A program made the translations under genes and the position numbers. From Nitrososphaerota archaeon (GTDB lineage Archaea; Thermoproteota; Nitrososphaeria_A; Caldarchaeales; Calditenuaceae), in contig JBEPYO010000001.1 of assembly GCA_041641295.1 (NCBI GenBank), positions 1,120,001 through 1,184,000 on the forward strand: a stretch of DNA of 64,000 nt. The letters run 5' to 3'. A model generated the notes under the pieces. The model was not told where the DNA came from and did not search any database. It was given only the letters and a program-made list of their open reading frames with translations. Positions 47,888 through 57,921 of this stretch are shown here, piece after piece; position 1 is the first letter of the stretch, and the number at the start of each line of letters is the position of its first letter.

Positions 47888-49399
47888 ATGACCGTTATGA
47901 GGTCTGTCTTGGGAAAGAAGGGGTTGAGCAGGGATGAAATCTTGGAGAAGTTGAGGGAGTATGAAAAGGATGACCTTGACCCTTACGGTGGGAGGCTCTT
48001 CACAATCGCCTTTGAACCCGGTGTTGAGGAGATGAGAGAGGTTGTCTTTGAGGTGTTTAAGAGATTTGCATTCAAAAACATGCTCGACTTCACGGAGTTC
48101 CCAAGCTCGATAAGGATGGAGAAGGACATCGTCGACTATGCGGCCTCTCTGATGCATGGGGATGATCAGGTAACAGGGACCTTCACTTTCGGCGGGACGG
48201 AGAGTGTCTTCCTCGCGGTCAAGTCGGCTCGCGACAGCTTCATTCTGAAGAAGGGGTTCTTAACGATGCCTGAGATCGTTATGCCTGTGACAGGGCATCC
48301 CTGCTACGACAAGGCCGCCGAATACATGGGAATGAGGGTGAAGCGTGTAAAAATAGATGAGGACACCTTCACGGCCGATCCTAACGCCGTAAACGAGGCT
48401 TTGACAGACAACACCGCTATGATTGTAGGCTCTGCCCCCAACTGGCCCTTCGGCACAATAGACCCGATAAAAGACTTGGCAGAGATTGCGGTGGATAAGG
48501 GGGTATGGCTCCACGTGGACGCCTGTGTAGGCGGGTTTGTTTTACCATTCATGAGGGAGCTGGGCGACAGGGTGCCTGAATTTGACTTTAGGATCGAGGG
48601 TGTCTCTTCCATCTCCCTAGACCCTCACAAATACGCCTACACACCGATAGGAGCCTCCGTAGTACTCTTCAGAAATAAGTTCTCCAAAATATTCTCTCAG
48701 TTCGCGAATCTCCGCTGGCCTGGATACCCGATCGTCAATCCTGCAGTCCTGTCCTCACGATCCGAGGCCCTGCTAGCCACTGCATGGGCTACGCTGCAGT
48801 TCTTCGGGCAGGAGGGCTATATGGAGCTTGCGCGAAAGATAATCTCTGCTAGGAGGAAGATTGTGAACGGGTTTAAGGAAGCGGGCTATAGTGTGATGGG
48901 CGAGCCCACTGTCATCGCCGCGTTCACATCACCCGAGCTCAACATCTTCAGACTCTCGGACGAGATGGCGAAAAGAGGCTGGGCCCTACTACCTCAAAAA
49001 GGAATTGAGAGTATGAAGATCCCGCCAAGCATCCACCTAACAATAACACCAATCCACGACAAGACAGCAGAGTCCATGATTTCAGACCTAAAGGAATGCA
49101 CAGAGACTGTAAAGAAGATGCCGCCAACAGAGGCTGATGCACTTCTAAGCATCTTCAGCAGCGTCTTTGGATTGCTTGCGCCAGCGGAGATGGACCTAGC
49201 ATCACTTGCAAAACTATACACCGAGGCTGAGAAATTCCTCGAAGCTCACGGCGAGGAAATCATCAAAACATTAGGGCTTGAGAAGGGCTTCCCTAAGGAG
49301 ATGGGCTCAATATTCCAGCTCCTCGCCTCAGTCCCACCTGAGATAGCTGAACTCTTGGCAAACTACGTAGTCATAGAGATGTTCCATAGAGGCGTCTAA
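47888..49399 (+). CDS. PLP-dependent group II enzyme, sphingosine-1-phosphate lyase-like
   Basis: GGTES, HPCYDKAA, HVDACVGGF, SLDPHKY. Confidence 0.8.
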   Translation: MTVMRSVLGKKGLSRDEILEKLREYEKDDLDPYGGRLFTIAFEPGVEEMREVVFEVFKRFAFKNMLDFTEFPSSIRMEKDIVDYAASLMHGDDQVTGTFTFGGTESVFLAVKSARDSFILKKGFLTMPEIVMPVTGHPCYDKAAEYMGMRVKRVKIDEDTFTADPNAVNEALTDNTAMIVGSAPNWPFGTIDPIKDLAEIAVDKGVWLHVDACVGGFVLPFMRELGDRVPEFDFRIEGVSSISLDPHKYAYTPIGASVVLFRNKFSKIFSQFANLRWPGYPIVNPAVLSSRSEALLATAWATLQFFGQEGYMELARKIISARRKIVNGFKEAGYSVMGEPTVIAAFTSPELNIFRLSDEMAKRGWALLPQKGIESMKIPPSIHLTITPIHDKTAESMISDLKECTETVKKMPPTEADALLSIFSSVFGLLAPAEMDLASLAKLYTEAEKFLEAHGEEIIKTLGLEKGFPKEMGSIFQLLASVPPEIAELLANYVVIEMFHRGV

Positions 49400-49459
49400 C
49401 ACCGAATCAAGTCGACGCCACTTTTTCTCCCACTAGTTATCAGGAGGTATCTACCTATT

Positions 49460-49924
49460 TCAAAGGCTCGCGTCGGTCTTCAGTATACGCGTCCACGTAC
49501 CCGATTCACCCGCAATACCCACTTCCTGCCACACCCTCACATCTCTCTTCAGCCTATGGCTTAGCAAGCCCTTAAAGAAGCCCTCATGGAAACTACACTC
49601 AAACACCCTCCCAAGCCCCGGCAACTGGCCACAGATACTGCAGTCAGATATCTTGATCGTTAATGGGTCCCGACTCACAATTTCGAGCCTCCCTAACACA
49701 AGCCTCCGCCACATCTCTGAGAGATAATTAAACACTTCCACCGGATCAGCCAGCTGTATGGACTCAGAAGCTTGACGGCCCATCTCCTCACCCAGCCTCC
49801 TCAACAAGTCCTTCGAACTAATCGCGAACTCTCTTTGCAAAGGATTGATAGCGGGGGAGAAGAACGCAATAGTGCTGACAATATCGCGCCAAAAACCCTT
49901 CTCCTCAACACTTAGCGAGGTCAA
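49460..49924 (-). CDS. V4R-domain protein
   Basis: LRRLGEEMG, LGRLE, DCSIC, CSFHEGF. Confidence 0.65.
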   Translation of the reverse strand: MTSLSVEEKGFWRDIVSTIAFFSPAINPLQREFAISSKDLLRRLGEEMGRQASESIQLADPVEVFNYLSEMWRRLVLGRLEIVSRDPLTIKISDCSICGQLPGLGRVFECSFHEGFFKGLLSHRLKRDVRVWQEVGIAGESGTWTRILKTDASL

Positions 49925-50079
49925 CCCACATATAATGATGCAGTGTATTAAATAAAAGTTGCTGCCTTATATATTCTTGAAAGACGCTATGCATGCGTGT
50001 GTATGGATTGTCGTGGGGTAATTAAAAATATCGCTGTTAAGAGAAGGATGTGTGACTTTCTACGACTTGCTTTTATTAG

Positions 50080-51042
50080 TTAGGCAGGAGGGATGATTAT
50101 GTCAAGTTTCTCAGTCTCTGCTACTCTTCGCCAGTATTGGTATATGTTTTCCTGTATGGTTTTGATTATGTGCTCTTGCCTCTGTGGGTGGAAGAGGTGT
50201 TTGTATCTTCCTTGTGTTTTGAGGTATTCCTCCACTGGTTTTAAGACTCTTGGGACATAGGTGTGTTTCACTTCGCCGAATATTGCTTCTTTTAGTGGCC
50301 AGACTCCGCACTCGACGGCGAGTTTTGAGATTCTTATGCTCTCTGAGGTGTCGTGGTACCATCCGGTCGGGCACGGGGTGAATGAGATAAACAGCTTGGG
50401 CCCCCTATATTTCGATGCCTTCTCAATCTTCCTAAGCATGTCAACGATGTGGGAGGGTGCTATGGTTGCCACGTAGGGTGGTTTGTGGCTCCTCCATATC
50501 TCGAAGAGATCCTTCTTCGAACCCGTGTGCCCCTCTTTTTGGAGCTTTGTTGGCAGGGTTGTCGCGGTGGCCGCGGCGTATGGTGTGGCTCCGCTTTTCT
50601 GAAACCCTGTGTTACTATAGGCCTCATTATCATAGACTAGGTAGTAGAAGTCTAGCCCCCTCTCGATTGCCCCAGAGGTGCTCTGTAGGCCTATGTCGTA
50701 TGCGGCTCCGTCGCCTGTGAAGCAAACCACCTTGACATCTTCTTCTGGCGGGACTTTACCCTTCTCGATGAGGATGTCCAAAGCATCCCTGATTCCTTGG
50801 GCTCCTGCTGGTGCGGAGGCGAAGGCGGTGTACATCCAGCTCGACTTGAAGGGGGTGTAGGGATAGACGTGTAAGAGTGTGAAGCATCCGGCGGCATTAA
50901 CGAAAACTGCTCTCCCCTCAAGAGCTTTCAGGAACATTCTCAAGACGGGTGTGGCTCCGCAGCCGGCACATAATGGATTGCCTGGCGCTAGATACTCCTG
51001 GAGCGGGACGTCCCTAAGTGTCTTATACCTTGTCTCGCTCAC
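50080..51042 (-). CDS. porB: Pyruvate/2-ketoisovalerate:ferredoxin oxidoreductase beta subunit
   Basis: LCAGCG, GDG..YDIG...DNEAYSNTG TPP motif, PCPTGW. Confidence 0.85.
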   Translation of the reverse strand: MSETRYKTLRDVPLQEYLAPGNPLCAGCGATPVLRMFLKALEGRAVFVNAAGCFTLLHVYPYTPFKSSWMYTAFASAPAGAQGIRDALDILIEKGKVPPEEDVKVVCFTGDGAAYDIGLQSTSGAIERGLDFYYLVYDNEAYSNTGFQKSGATPYAAATATTLPTKLQKEGHTGSKKDLFEIWRSHKPPYVATIAPSHIVDMLRKIEKASKYRGPKLFISFTPCPTGWYHDTSESIRISKLAVECGVWPLKEAIFGEVKHTYVPRVLKPVEEYLKTQGRYKHLFHPQRQEHIIKTIQENIYQYWRRVAETEKLDIIIPPA

Positions 51043-52271
51043 CCCATCTCACCACCTAAACCCGCGAGGCCCAAGGCTCTCTTGACACTCTCTAACTCAT
51101 CCTTCCTAAATAGGAACAATGGCGTGTTTGGCTTCCTACCTTCTGGATGCTGCAGTACGTCGAAAATATACTCAAACTCTTCTAGTGAAATGTATTTTCC
51201 ACCGAGTCCTCCAATAACTGACATCAATACCTCTGGCCTGTTTCTCTGGTGATATAGTGCGCCGGCCACCTCTTGGTATATTATCCCTCCCATGCCGGGT
51301 GAGATGTTTTGGTCTAGAACGGCTACCGCCTTCCTGTTCTTGAGGAGTTCTGCCAGTTGATCTGACGGGAAAGGCCTGTACATAACTATCTTTACCAAGC
51401 CGGCGGGGACGCCCCTATCTCTAAGTCTCAGCACCGCCCTCTTACCCATTGTCGTGAAGGAGTTACTCATTACGAGGACGTATTCAGCATCCTCCAGGTA
51501 GAATCCCTCTACAGGCCTGTAGACCCTACCCGTCAACTCTCCATAATGTCTCGACGCCTCTTCGAAGACTTCAATAGCCCTTCTCATAGACTCGTGAATG
51601 TTGTGTTTAAAGTAAGTGTAGATGTGCCCGCCCAACACTGATGCGCCTTTGACGACTGGTCTACTGGCTCTGAATGGGAGGGTGGGAATGTAGGGTGGGA
51701 GAAACTCCTCCACCATCTCTTGGCTGGGGAGGTGGACTGGCTCTCTGGTGAAGGAGAGGTAGAAGCCGTCCATATTCACAATTGAGGGAAGCCTCACCCG
51801 CCTGTCCTCTGAGACGCGGTAGGCGAGCAGGATCAGGTCTAGCACATCTTGGCAGGTCTCTGCGTGGAACTGTAAGAAGCCGCTATCCCTCGCTGCTAAT
51901 ACGTCGTTGTGATCGGGCTCAAGGGTCACTGGAGCCGCGACGCCGCGTGAGACATTAACTAGGACGAGCGGGGCCCTCCACCCAGCGATATTATAGAGCA
52001 TCTCGAAACCGTATAAGAGTCCTTGACTCGATGTGGCTGTAAAGACCCTAGCACCTGTCAAAGAGGCGGTGCCTGCAGCTGTGAGCATAGAGTGCTCTGA
52101 CTCCAGCTGCACCAGCTTAGCCTTCATAACACCCTCACCTATCCATTTAGCGAGGGTCTCAATTATCTCGGTCTGCGGAGTTATAGGATATGCGGGTATA
52201 TAGTCAACGTCGGCTAGACGGGCAGCCCAAGCGGCCGCCACGTTACCTGTCAGCATCTCAACCTTCATCAT
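51039..52271 (-). CDS. porA: 2-oxoacid:ferredoxin oxidoreductase alpha subunit
   Basis: AYPITPQT, ESEHS, TATSSQG; start revised to ATG 52271. Confidence 0.85.
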   Translation of the reverse strand: MMKVEMLTGNVAAAWAARLADVDYIPAYPITPQTEIIETLAKWIGEGVMKAKLVQLESEHSMLTAAGTASLTGARVFTATSSQGLLYGFEMLYNIAGWRAPLVLVNVSRGVAAPVTLEPDHNDVLAARDSGFLQFHAETCQDVLDLILLAYRVSEDRRVRLPSIVNMDGFYLSFTREPVHLPSQEMVEEFLPPYIPTLPFRASRPVVKGASVLGGHIYTYFKHNIHESMRRAIEVFEEASRHYGELTGRVYRPVEGFYLEDAEYVLVMSNSFTTMGKRAVLRLRDRGVPAGLVKIVMYRPFPSDQLAELLKNRKAVAVLDQNISPGMGGIIYQEVAGALYHQRNRPEVLMSVIGGLGGKYISLEEFEYIFDVLQHPEGRKPNTPLFLFRKDELESVKRALGLAGLGGEMG

Positions 52272-52308
52272 CTCGACTGCCGCCAAGTTACTAGTTATCG
52301 CCTTGACA

Positions 52309-53211
52309 TCACGCATAGACCCTAACCTCCCTAACAGAAGAAATGGCGCGGAGGGGGCACTCTCTCAAACATATCATGCAGCCCTTACAGTTGTCATAGT
52401 CGATAACCGCCTTATTGTTCTCGTCCAGAGTTATGCACGAGTCGGGGCAGTAGATGATGCAGACCAAGCAGCCTGTACACTTCTGCGGGTCTACTATGGG
52501 CTTGAATATGCGCCAGTTACCTGTCCGCCTCAGTGCAGAGTTTCCGAGATTAGATATGTCGAGGTGGATGACCTCCTCATGGGTGACTGGTTCGTATTCT
52601 AGTGGTGATACTTCGCGGGTGATGGGCTCGCTTTCCTGCGTATTTATCGCCGGAGTGGGGATTACGTCGTAAACCTCGGCGGCCAGCTGTATGTTCTTCT
52701 CCAACAGCTCATCCTTTAAGTCCAACTCGGCCAGTTCTTCTGCTGTTGCCTCTAGGATGGATGATTTTGAGATTAGGCCAGTTATTTTGGCCGCCGCCGC
52801 TGCGGCAGGTGAACTGATTATGGGTTTGCCGATGATCTCTAGCGCCATGCCAGTCAAATCATAAGTTATGAAGACCTTGTCGTCATGTCCCGCAGGTGGT
52901 GGGAACCCAGACACCGCGTTTACGAATACGGCCCCACCCTTCTTAACCCCCTCCAGTGGCCGTGCCAACCAGTCGTTGAGAAGAGTTTCATCCATTACAA
53001 TTACGATGTCAGGGTCAAAGATGAACCCCCTCTCAGTAATTGGGGTCTTGGAGATCCGTGTAAAGGATACGACGGGCGCTCCCCGCCTCTCCGCCCCGTA
53101 TATGGGGGAGTCCTGGGCTATGAAGCCATCAAGAAAGGCTGCGCGACCGAGGATGCGGCTGCTGGTTTTAACCCCTTGGCCGCCTCGGCCATGAAATCTG
53201 ATTTTAAGCAT
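52309..53211 (-). CDS. 2-oxoacid:ferredoxin oxidoreductase gamma-delta fusion
   Basis: HGRGGQG, YGAERRG plus TGNWR and two CxxCxxCxxxCP motifs. Confidence 0.88.
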   Translation of the reverse strand: MLKIRFHGRGGQGVKTSSRILGRAAFLDGFIAQDSPIYGAERRGAPVVSFTRISKTPITERGFIFDPDIVIVMDETLLNDWLARPLEGVKKGGAVFVNAVSGFPPPAGHDDKVFITYDLTGMALEIIGKPIISSPAAAAAAKITGLISKSSILEATAEELAELDLKDELLEKNIQLAAEVYDVIPTPAINTQESEPITREVSPLEYEPVTHEEVIHLDISNLGNSALRRTGNWRIFKPIVDPQKCTGCLVCIIYCPDSCITLDENNKAVIDYDNCKGCMICLRECPLRAISSVREVRVYA

Positions 53212-53375
53212 GGGGCTCCATACCCCACACCAAGAAGATGGGTGATGGGTTTTATATATGTACGCCTCAACCTCGATATTAAGATATAAAATGAAAGGAT
53301 TTATTTAAGAACTTGCTTTACACATCCAACCCCTTTAAAAATGAGTTATGATAATTTTCGAAAGAGTGAGTACGG

Positions 53376-55502
53376 TTGGGGCTGGCTACTGAATTAGACG
53401 CGTTTTTCAACCCGAGGTCTATAGCCGTTGTGGGTGTTTCACACCATCCGGACAAAATCGGCCGGGTGATATATGATCGGCTACTGAACAATAGAAGGCA
53501 GGGCGTTCTGAGGGCTGATGTCTATCCAGTTAACCCAGAGTTGAAGGAGCTCTATGGGCACCGCGTGTTTTCCAGCCTATCCGAGATAAATGAGGAGATT
53601 GATCTAGTGGTTATAGCTCTTCCGGCGTCTCAGGTCCCTCAGGCGATTCTGGAGGCCGGGCGAAATGGTGCGAAGGCAGCAATAGTGGTGAGTGGGGGTT
53701 TCTCAGAAGTGGGAAATGACCAGCTCACAGAGAGCTTGAGAAGGGCGATTAAACAATCGGGGTTGCGGGTTCTCGGACCGAACACTGTCGGCGTAATGGA
53801 CTCATACACAGGTGTAAACACTTTCTTCACGAGGGAGGTTAAGGCCTTCTCAGATGGGAGGACTGCCCAGAGCTTTATTTTCCCTGGCAAGGGTAATGTA
53901 AGCATCGTATCCCAGAGCGGCGCGCTTGCCCACTATGTTCTCGACACTCTTGGAGAGAGAGGTGTTGGTGTACGAGCTGTAGCCTGTGTTGGCAATCAAA
54001 TAGATGTCAGCATGTCTGAGCTTCTCTCCTACTTTGCCAATGACGCGTTGACGTCTGTCGTGGTTGTGTATGTTGAGGGTGTTAGACATGGTAGAGAGTT
54101 TCTTAACAGTTTTCTAGAGCTACGACGTAACGGGAAACAGATAGTAGTTCTGAAGGCGGGCAGGACTTTGGCTGGGAAGAGAACAGCCTACACACATACG
54201 GCAAGTATGGCGGGTGAATGGGAAACCTACGTAGGGGCCTTCAAACAGGCCGGCGCGGTAGTTGTCGATAACGTCAAGGAGTTGGCCGAGGTCTCCCTAG
54301 CCCTGAGCCTCCAGAAACCCCCAAGAGGGCGTCGTCTCGCAATATTGACCAACGCGGGCGGCTTCTCAGTCATAGCATCCGACCTCGCCCAAGCAAACGG
54401 ACTAGAAGTCATACAACTACCAGAGGCCGCTATCGAGAAAATGGAGCGACTAAAGAGAGAGGGTAGGATTCCCCCAGTGGCGGTCACCACTAACCCCGTC
54501 GACCTCAGTGGTAGCGCCGATTCAGCAGCCTTTGAAGAGGCCTACAGAGTGATTTCAGAGAGTGGGGTGTTCGACATGCACCTCCTTATGCCTTTTCATG
54601 TACCCCCCATGATGGATGAGAGGGTCGTACCTAAGCTGGCAGAGATTGCGAGGAGCTCTGGTGCGACTGTTGTGGGATGCGACACGGGAGATACTGAATG
54701 GTCTGCCACCATGAGGGCTCTAATGATTAAAAATGGAATACCAGCATACAAGGACATGGAGGACGCAATCAGAGTACTAACACTTATCTCTGATATCTTC
54801 ACACCCTCGAGGAAGAGTTTCCCAGTCTACGAGGCGAGATCAGGCGAGGCCTTGGAGCCAATCCCCAGAGCCCACTTAATCGAACTCATCCGTAAACACG
54901 GAATTCAAGTCGCTAGAGAGGAGGTTGTATTCACGGAGGATGATGCTGTAGAGGCTGCAGAAAGGATAGGATATCCAGTCGTCATGAAGATAGCCTCGGA
55001 GAGGATACCCCACAAGACCGATGTGGGTGGCGTACAGCTGGGAATAGCCGATAGGGCGCAGGTATTGAGAGCGTTTAACAAGCTGGCGGGGATAGCTGAG
55101 AAGCTTGGTCTGAGTGATAAGGGCGTGGTTGTCCAAGAGACTGTCCGAGGAGTTGAACTGATACTGGGGTCCAAGGTCGACGAAACCTTCGGCCCAACCG
55201 TGACCATTGGCATTGGCGGGGTCCTAACAGAAGTGATTCGAGACTTCATCACATTCGTCTCACCAGTCCAAGACGACGAGGCTGACTACATGCTTAGCAG
55301 GCTGAGGCTCTCAAAGCTTCTGGATGGGTTTAGAGGATACCCGCCCGTGGATAGAAAAGCATTACGGGAAGCAATAATAAACTTCTCCAAGATACTGGTT
55401 GAGAATCCATCTATCGCGCAGCTCGAAATTAACCCCCTGATGGCATACGGTGAGAGAATCGTCGCAGTAGACATAAGAGGATGGAGATACAGTCCCCCAT
55501 AG
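53376..55502 (+). CDS. ADP-forming acyl-CoA synthetase, fused alpha-beta
   Basis: FNPRSIAVVG, GPNTVG, SQSG, THTAS phospho-His, NPVD, HKTDVGGV, EINP. Confidence 0.9.
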   Translation: MGLATELDAFFNPRSIAVVGVSHHPDKIGRVIYDRLLNNRRQGVLRADVYPVNPELKELYGHRVFSSLSEINEEIDLVVIALPASQVPQAILEAGRNGAKAAIVVSGGFSEVGNDQLTESLRRAIKQSGLRVLGPNTVGVMDSYTGVNTFFTREVKAFSDGRTAQSFIFPGKGNVSIVSQSGALAHYVLDTLGERGVGVRAVACVGNQIDVSMSELLSYFANDALTSVVVVYVEGVRHGREFLNSFLELRRNGKQIVVLKAGRTLAGKRTAYTHTASMAGEWETYVGAFKQAGAVVVDNVKELAEVSLALSLQKPPRGRRLAILTNAGGFSVIASDLAQANGLEVIQLPEAAIEKMERLKREGRIPPVAVTTNPVDLSGSADSAAFEEAYRVISESGVFDMHLLMPFHVPPMMDERVVPKLAEIARSSGATVVGCDTGDTEWSATMRALMIKNGIPAYKDMEDAIRVLTLISDIFTPSRKSFPVYEARSGEALEPIPRAHLIELIRKHGIQVAREEVVFTEDDAVEAAERIGYPVVMKIASERIPHKTDVGGVQLGIADRAQVLRAFNKLAGIAEKLGLSDKGVVVQETVRGVELILGSKVDETFGPTVTIGIGGVLTEVIRDFITFVSPVQDDEADYMLSRLRLSKLLDGFRGYPPVDRKALREAIINFSKILVENPSIAQLEINPLMAYGERIVAVDIRGWRYSPP

Positions 55503-55694
55503 ATAAGTAAGCCTAGCTAGGTCTGGATTCTCAGGGAACATGGCGCCCTTATGCGCTGGAACTAATTTATGGGGAAGCCCACTTAATATAATCTCATAAA
55601 ATTGTATGAATCATTATGTAGAAATTCCTAACAATTTGACAACTAGAGTTCGCGCATAGATTCTTTGCTCGTTTCGCTGATTAGCCATCTGGCG

Positions 55695-56267
55695 ATGTAT
55701 CCGCAATTTGTTATAGAGGTCATCTATTTTGGGATCATATCCGTGATCGTGGCGTTTATCGTAGCGTTTTATATTCTGACACAGAGAGGAGGGCGCGAAG
55801 TTGAGGCTGACGGTGGGCATGAGGGGAGGGCCGGTATGGAGAAAGGTGAGAGGAACTGGATGCTCTTCCTATTCTCCGTGGCGTTGATTGGCAATATATT
55901 GTTCCTCTCGCCAATTCTCCCCTCTGCTCGCAACGCATTGTACGAACCTAAGCCAGCCACCACCATAACAATATACGTGAAAAACTATAGTTTTCAACTC
56001 CCCGAGACTCCAATAATAATCCCAGCGAACACCCCCGTAGAGTTTGTTGTGATATCTGAAGACTTGGTCTATGGATTCGGGATCTTCAGGAAGGATGGCT
56101 CGATGGTCTTCCAGATGCAGGTGGTCCCAAAGCCGTATGTCAACAGGATTGTCTGGGTCTTCGAGGAGCCTGGGGCCTACGATATACGGTCGACCGAGTA
56201 TAGTGGGCCTCAACACCCGTGGATGTTTGTCCCGGATGCTATAATTGTGGAGGGTGGTAAGTCATGA
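55695..56267 (+). CDS. Heme-copper oxidase subunit II-like cupredoxin lacking the CuA site
   Basis: Two TM helices then DLVYGF and STEYSGPQHPWM in place of DVxH and CxExCGxxHxxM. Confidence 0.8.
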   Translation: MYPQFVIEVIYFGIISVIVAFIVAFYILTQRGGREVEADGGHEGRAGMEKGERNWMLFLFSVALIGNILFLSPILPSARNALYEPKPATTITIYVKNYSFQLPETPIIIPANTPVEFVVISEDLVYGFGIFRKDGSMVFQMQVVPKPYVNRIVWVFEEPGAYDIRSTEYSGPQHPWMFVPDAIIVEGGKS

Positions 56268-57847
56268 ATGAGGATGAGCGAAAGATACTTGCATTAAGGT
56301 TTGTCGTAGTGGCGTTGATTTTCTTCGCTCTTGCTGGAATTGAAGGGATATTGATGAGGCTCAGAATTCTAAATCTCCTCACAGACCTCTTTGATGAGCG
56401 GCATTTCTACTCCATGATGACTGCCCACCCATTCGTGGGCATCTATGGCTGGGCCTACATGGCGGTAATGGGTGCATTTTACTTCTTAGTCCCCTACGTG
56501 TTGAAGAGAGATATCTATAGCAAGCGAGCCTCCTATGCGAGTTTCTGGCTTATGATCTCTGGGCTCGCCATTATATGGACCACTACATTTGTAACCCACT
56601 ACGCTCCCCTCTACACCCTCTACTGGCCTATACCAGTCGCGGTGGAGTTGGCTGGCTGGAATCCGGCGGCAATATTCTCTTTCGGAGTGGGTGTGGCACT
56701 AGTTTTAGCAGCTGTACTGGTGTTCTTCTTCAACATGTTCGCGACAATTTTTCTCCCCGCTAGGGTTGAGATGAATGGGGGTGAAAAGGTAGGTGCTGGC
56801 TATGTTTTCAAGGAGCTCATGCTCACGGCATTCAACCTCGATAAACTCTGGGCCAAGGTGAGGGGTATCCCACATTACACAGCAAGAGTATTCAACTATC
56901 CGGTCTTCGTAGTCTCGGTGTTTAGGGGTTGCGTCGACACTACTCTAAACGCACTCGTGATAGGCGGTGTTGGAGTGCTCTTAGCCCTTTTCGGTGCCGC
57001 CCACCTGTTTTCAGGCTCCTCCCTGAGCTACTCCCTGATCGACCCGCTAGTCTACAAGAATGTCTTCTGGTGGGGCCTAGACTTAATTGCAGACGGTAAT
57101 GTCCTCATATTCACAGCCGGGACCTGGTATCTCCTCGTACCGCTGCTTCTGAATAGACAGCTATACGGCGAATCAGTTGTAAGGACTGTCATTCTTGCGG
57201 ACCTAGTTGTATCGCTGTTCGTCTGGAATCATCACATGCTGGCAGATACGCCACAGCCCCTTGTCCTACAGATCCAAGGCCAGATCTTTACTTGGGGAGA
57301 ATTGATAACTATGGGGCTTACAATGTTCGCGGTACTAGCTACTATCTGGAGGGCTAGGCCGGTCAAGTACTCTGCCCCGCTGAAATTCGTCCTAGTTTCT
57401 ATAACTGGGTATGCTATAGGTGGTTTGGCGGGGATAATACAGGCAAACTATGCCTCGAACCGCTTCTTCCACAATACCCAGTGGGTAATCGGGATTCATG
57501 GTCATATTCAACTTCTCGTTGGGCTTTCGTTGACGATTTTCGCGGCAATTTATGCCCTGTTCCCACTCCTCACCGGGAAAGCCCTCAACGAGAAGCTTGC
57601 AGATGCCCACTTACTATTGATGGGTGTTGGCGGGGTTGTGATGGGTCTTGCTATGGGGTTGGCGGGTACACAAGGCATGCTGAGGAGAACCCTCTACCCG
57701 ATGGGCCTCGGAATATATGAGCCATACATGGGTGTAGCGCTTATTGGGGCTTTGATGATGGCAGCCGGGTTCGCCGTATTCATAATTAACGTCGTCAGAA
57801 CAGTTGGACTAGGCTCGCTGGTGAAACTCTTTCTACCCCAAAAATAA
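56264..57847 (+). CDS. Heme-copper superfamily subunit I, non-canonical active site (gNOR-like putative NO reductase)
   Basis: MTAH, WNHH, WGE, HGH, GMLRR retained; helix VI reads FWWGLDLIADGNV with no HPxVY. Confidence 0.7.
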   Translation: MNEDERKILALRFVVVALIFFALAGIEGILMRLRILNLLTDLFDERHFYSMMTAHPFVGIYGWAYMAVMGAFYFLVPYVLKRDIYSKRASYASFWLMISGLAIIWTTTFVTHYAPLYTLYWPIPVAVELAGWNPAAIFSFGVGVALVLAAVLVFFFNMFATIFLPARVEMNGGEKVGAGYVFKELMLTAFNLDKLWAKVRGIPHYTARVFNYPVFVVSVFRGCVDTTLNALVIGGVGVLLALFGAAHLFSGSSLSYSLIDPLVYKNVFWWGLDLIADGNVLIFTAGTWYLLVPLLLNRQLYGESVVRTVILADLVVSLFVWNHHMLADTPQPLVLQIQGQIFTWGELITMGLTMFAVLATIWRARPVKYSAPLKFVLVSITGYAIGGLAGIIQANYASNRFFHNTQWVIGIHGHIQLLVGLSLTIFAAIYALFPLLTGKALNEKLADAHLLLMGVGGVVMGLAMGLAGTQGMLRRTLYPMGLGIYEPYMGVALIGALMMAAGFAVFIINVVRTVGLGSLVKLFLPQK

Positions 57848-57921
57848 CATATCTTAGGGCGGTTGCAGCTCTGTAAAATCCTGAAAGATTTTTTTCTTAG
57901 ACCCTCGATTAATACTCTGGC

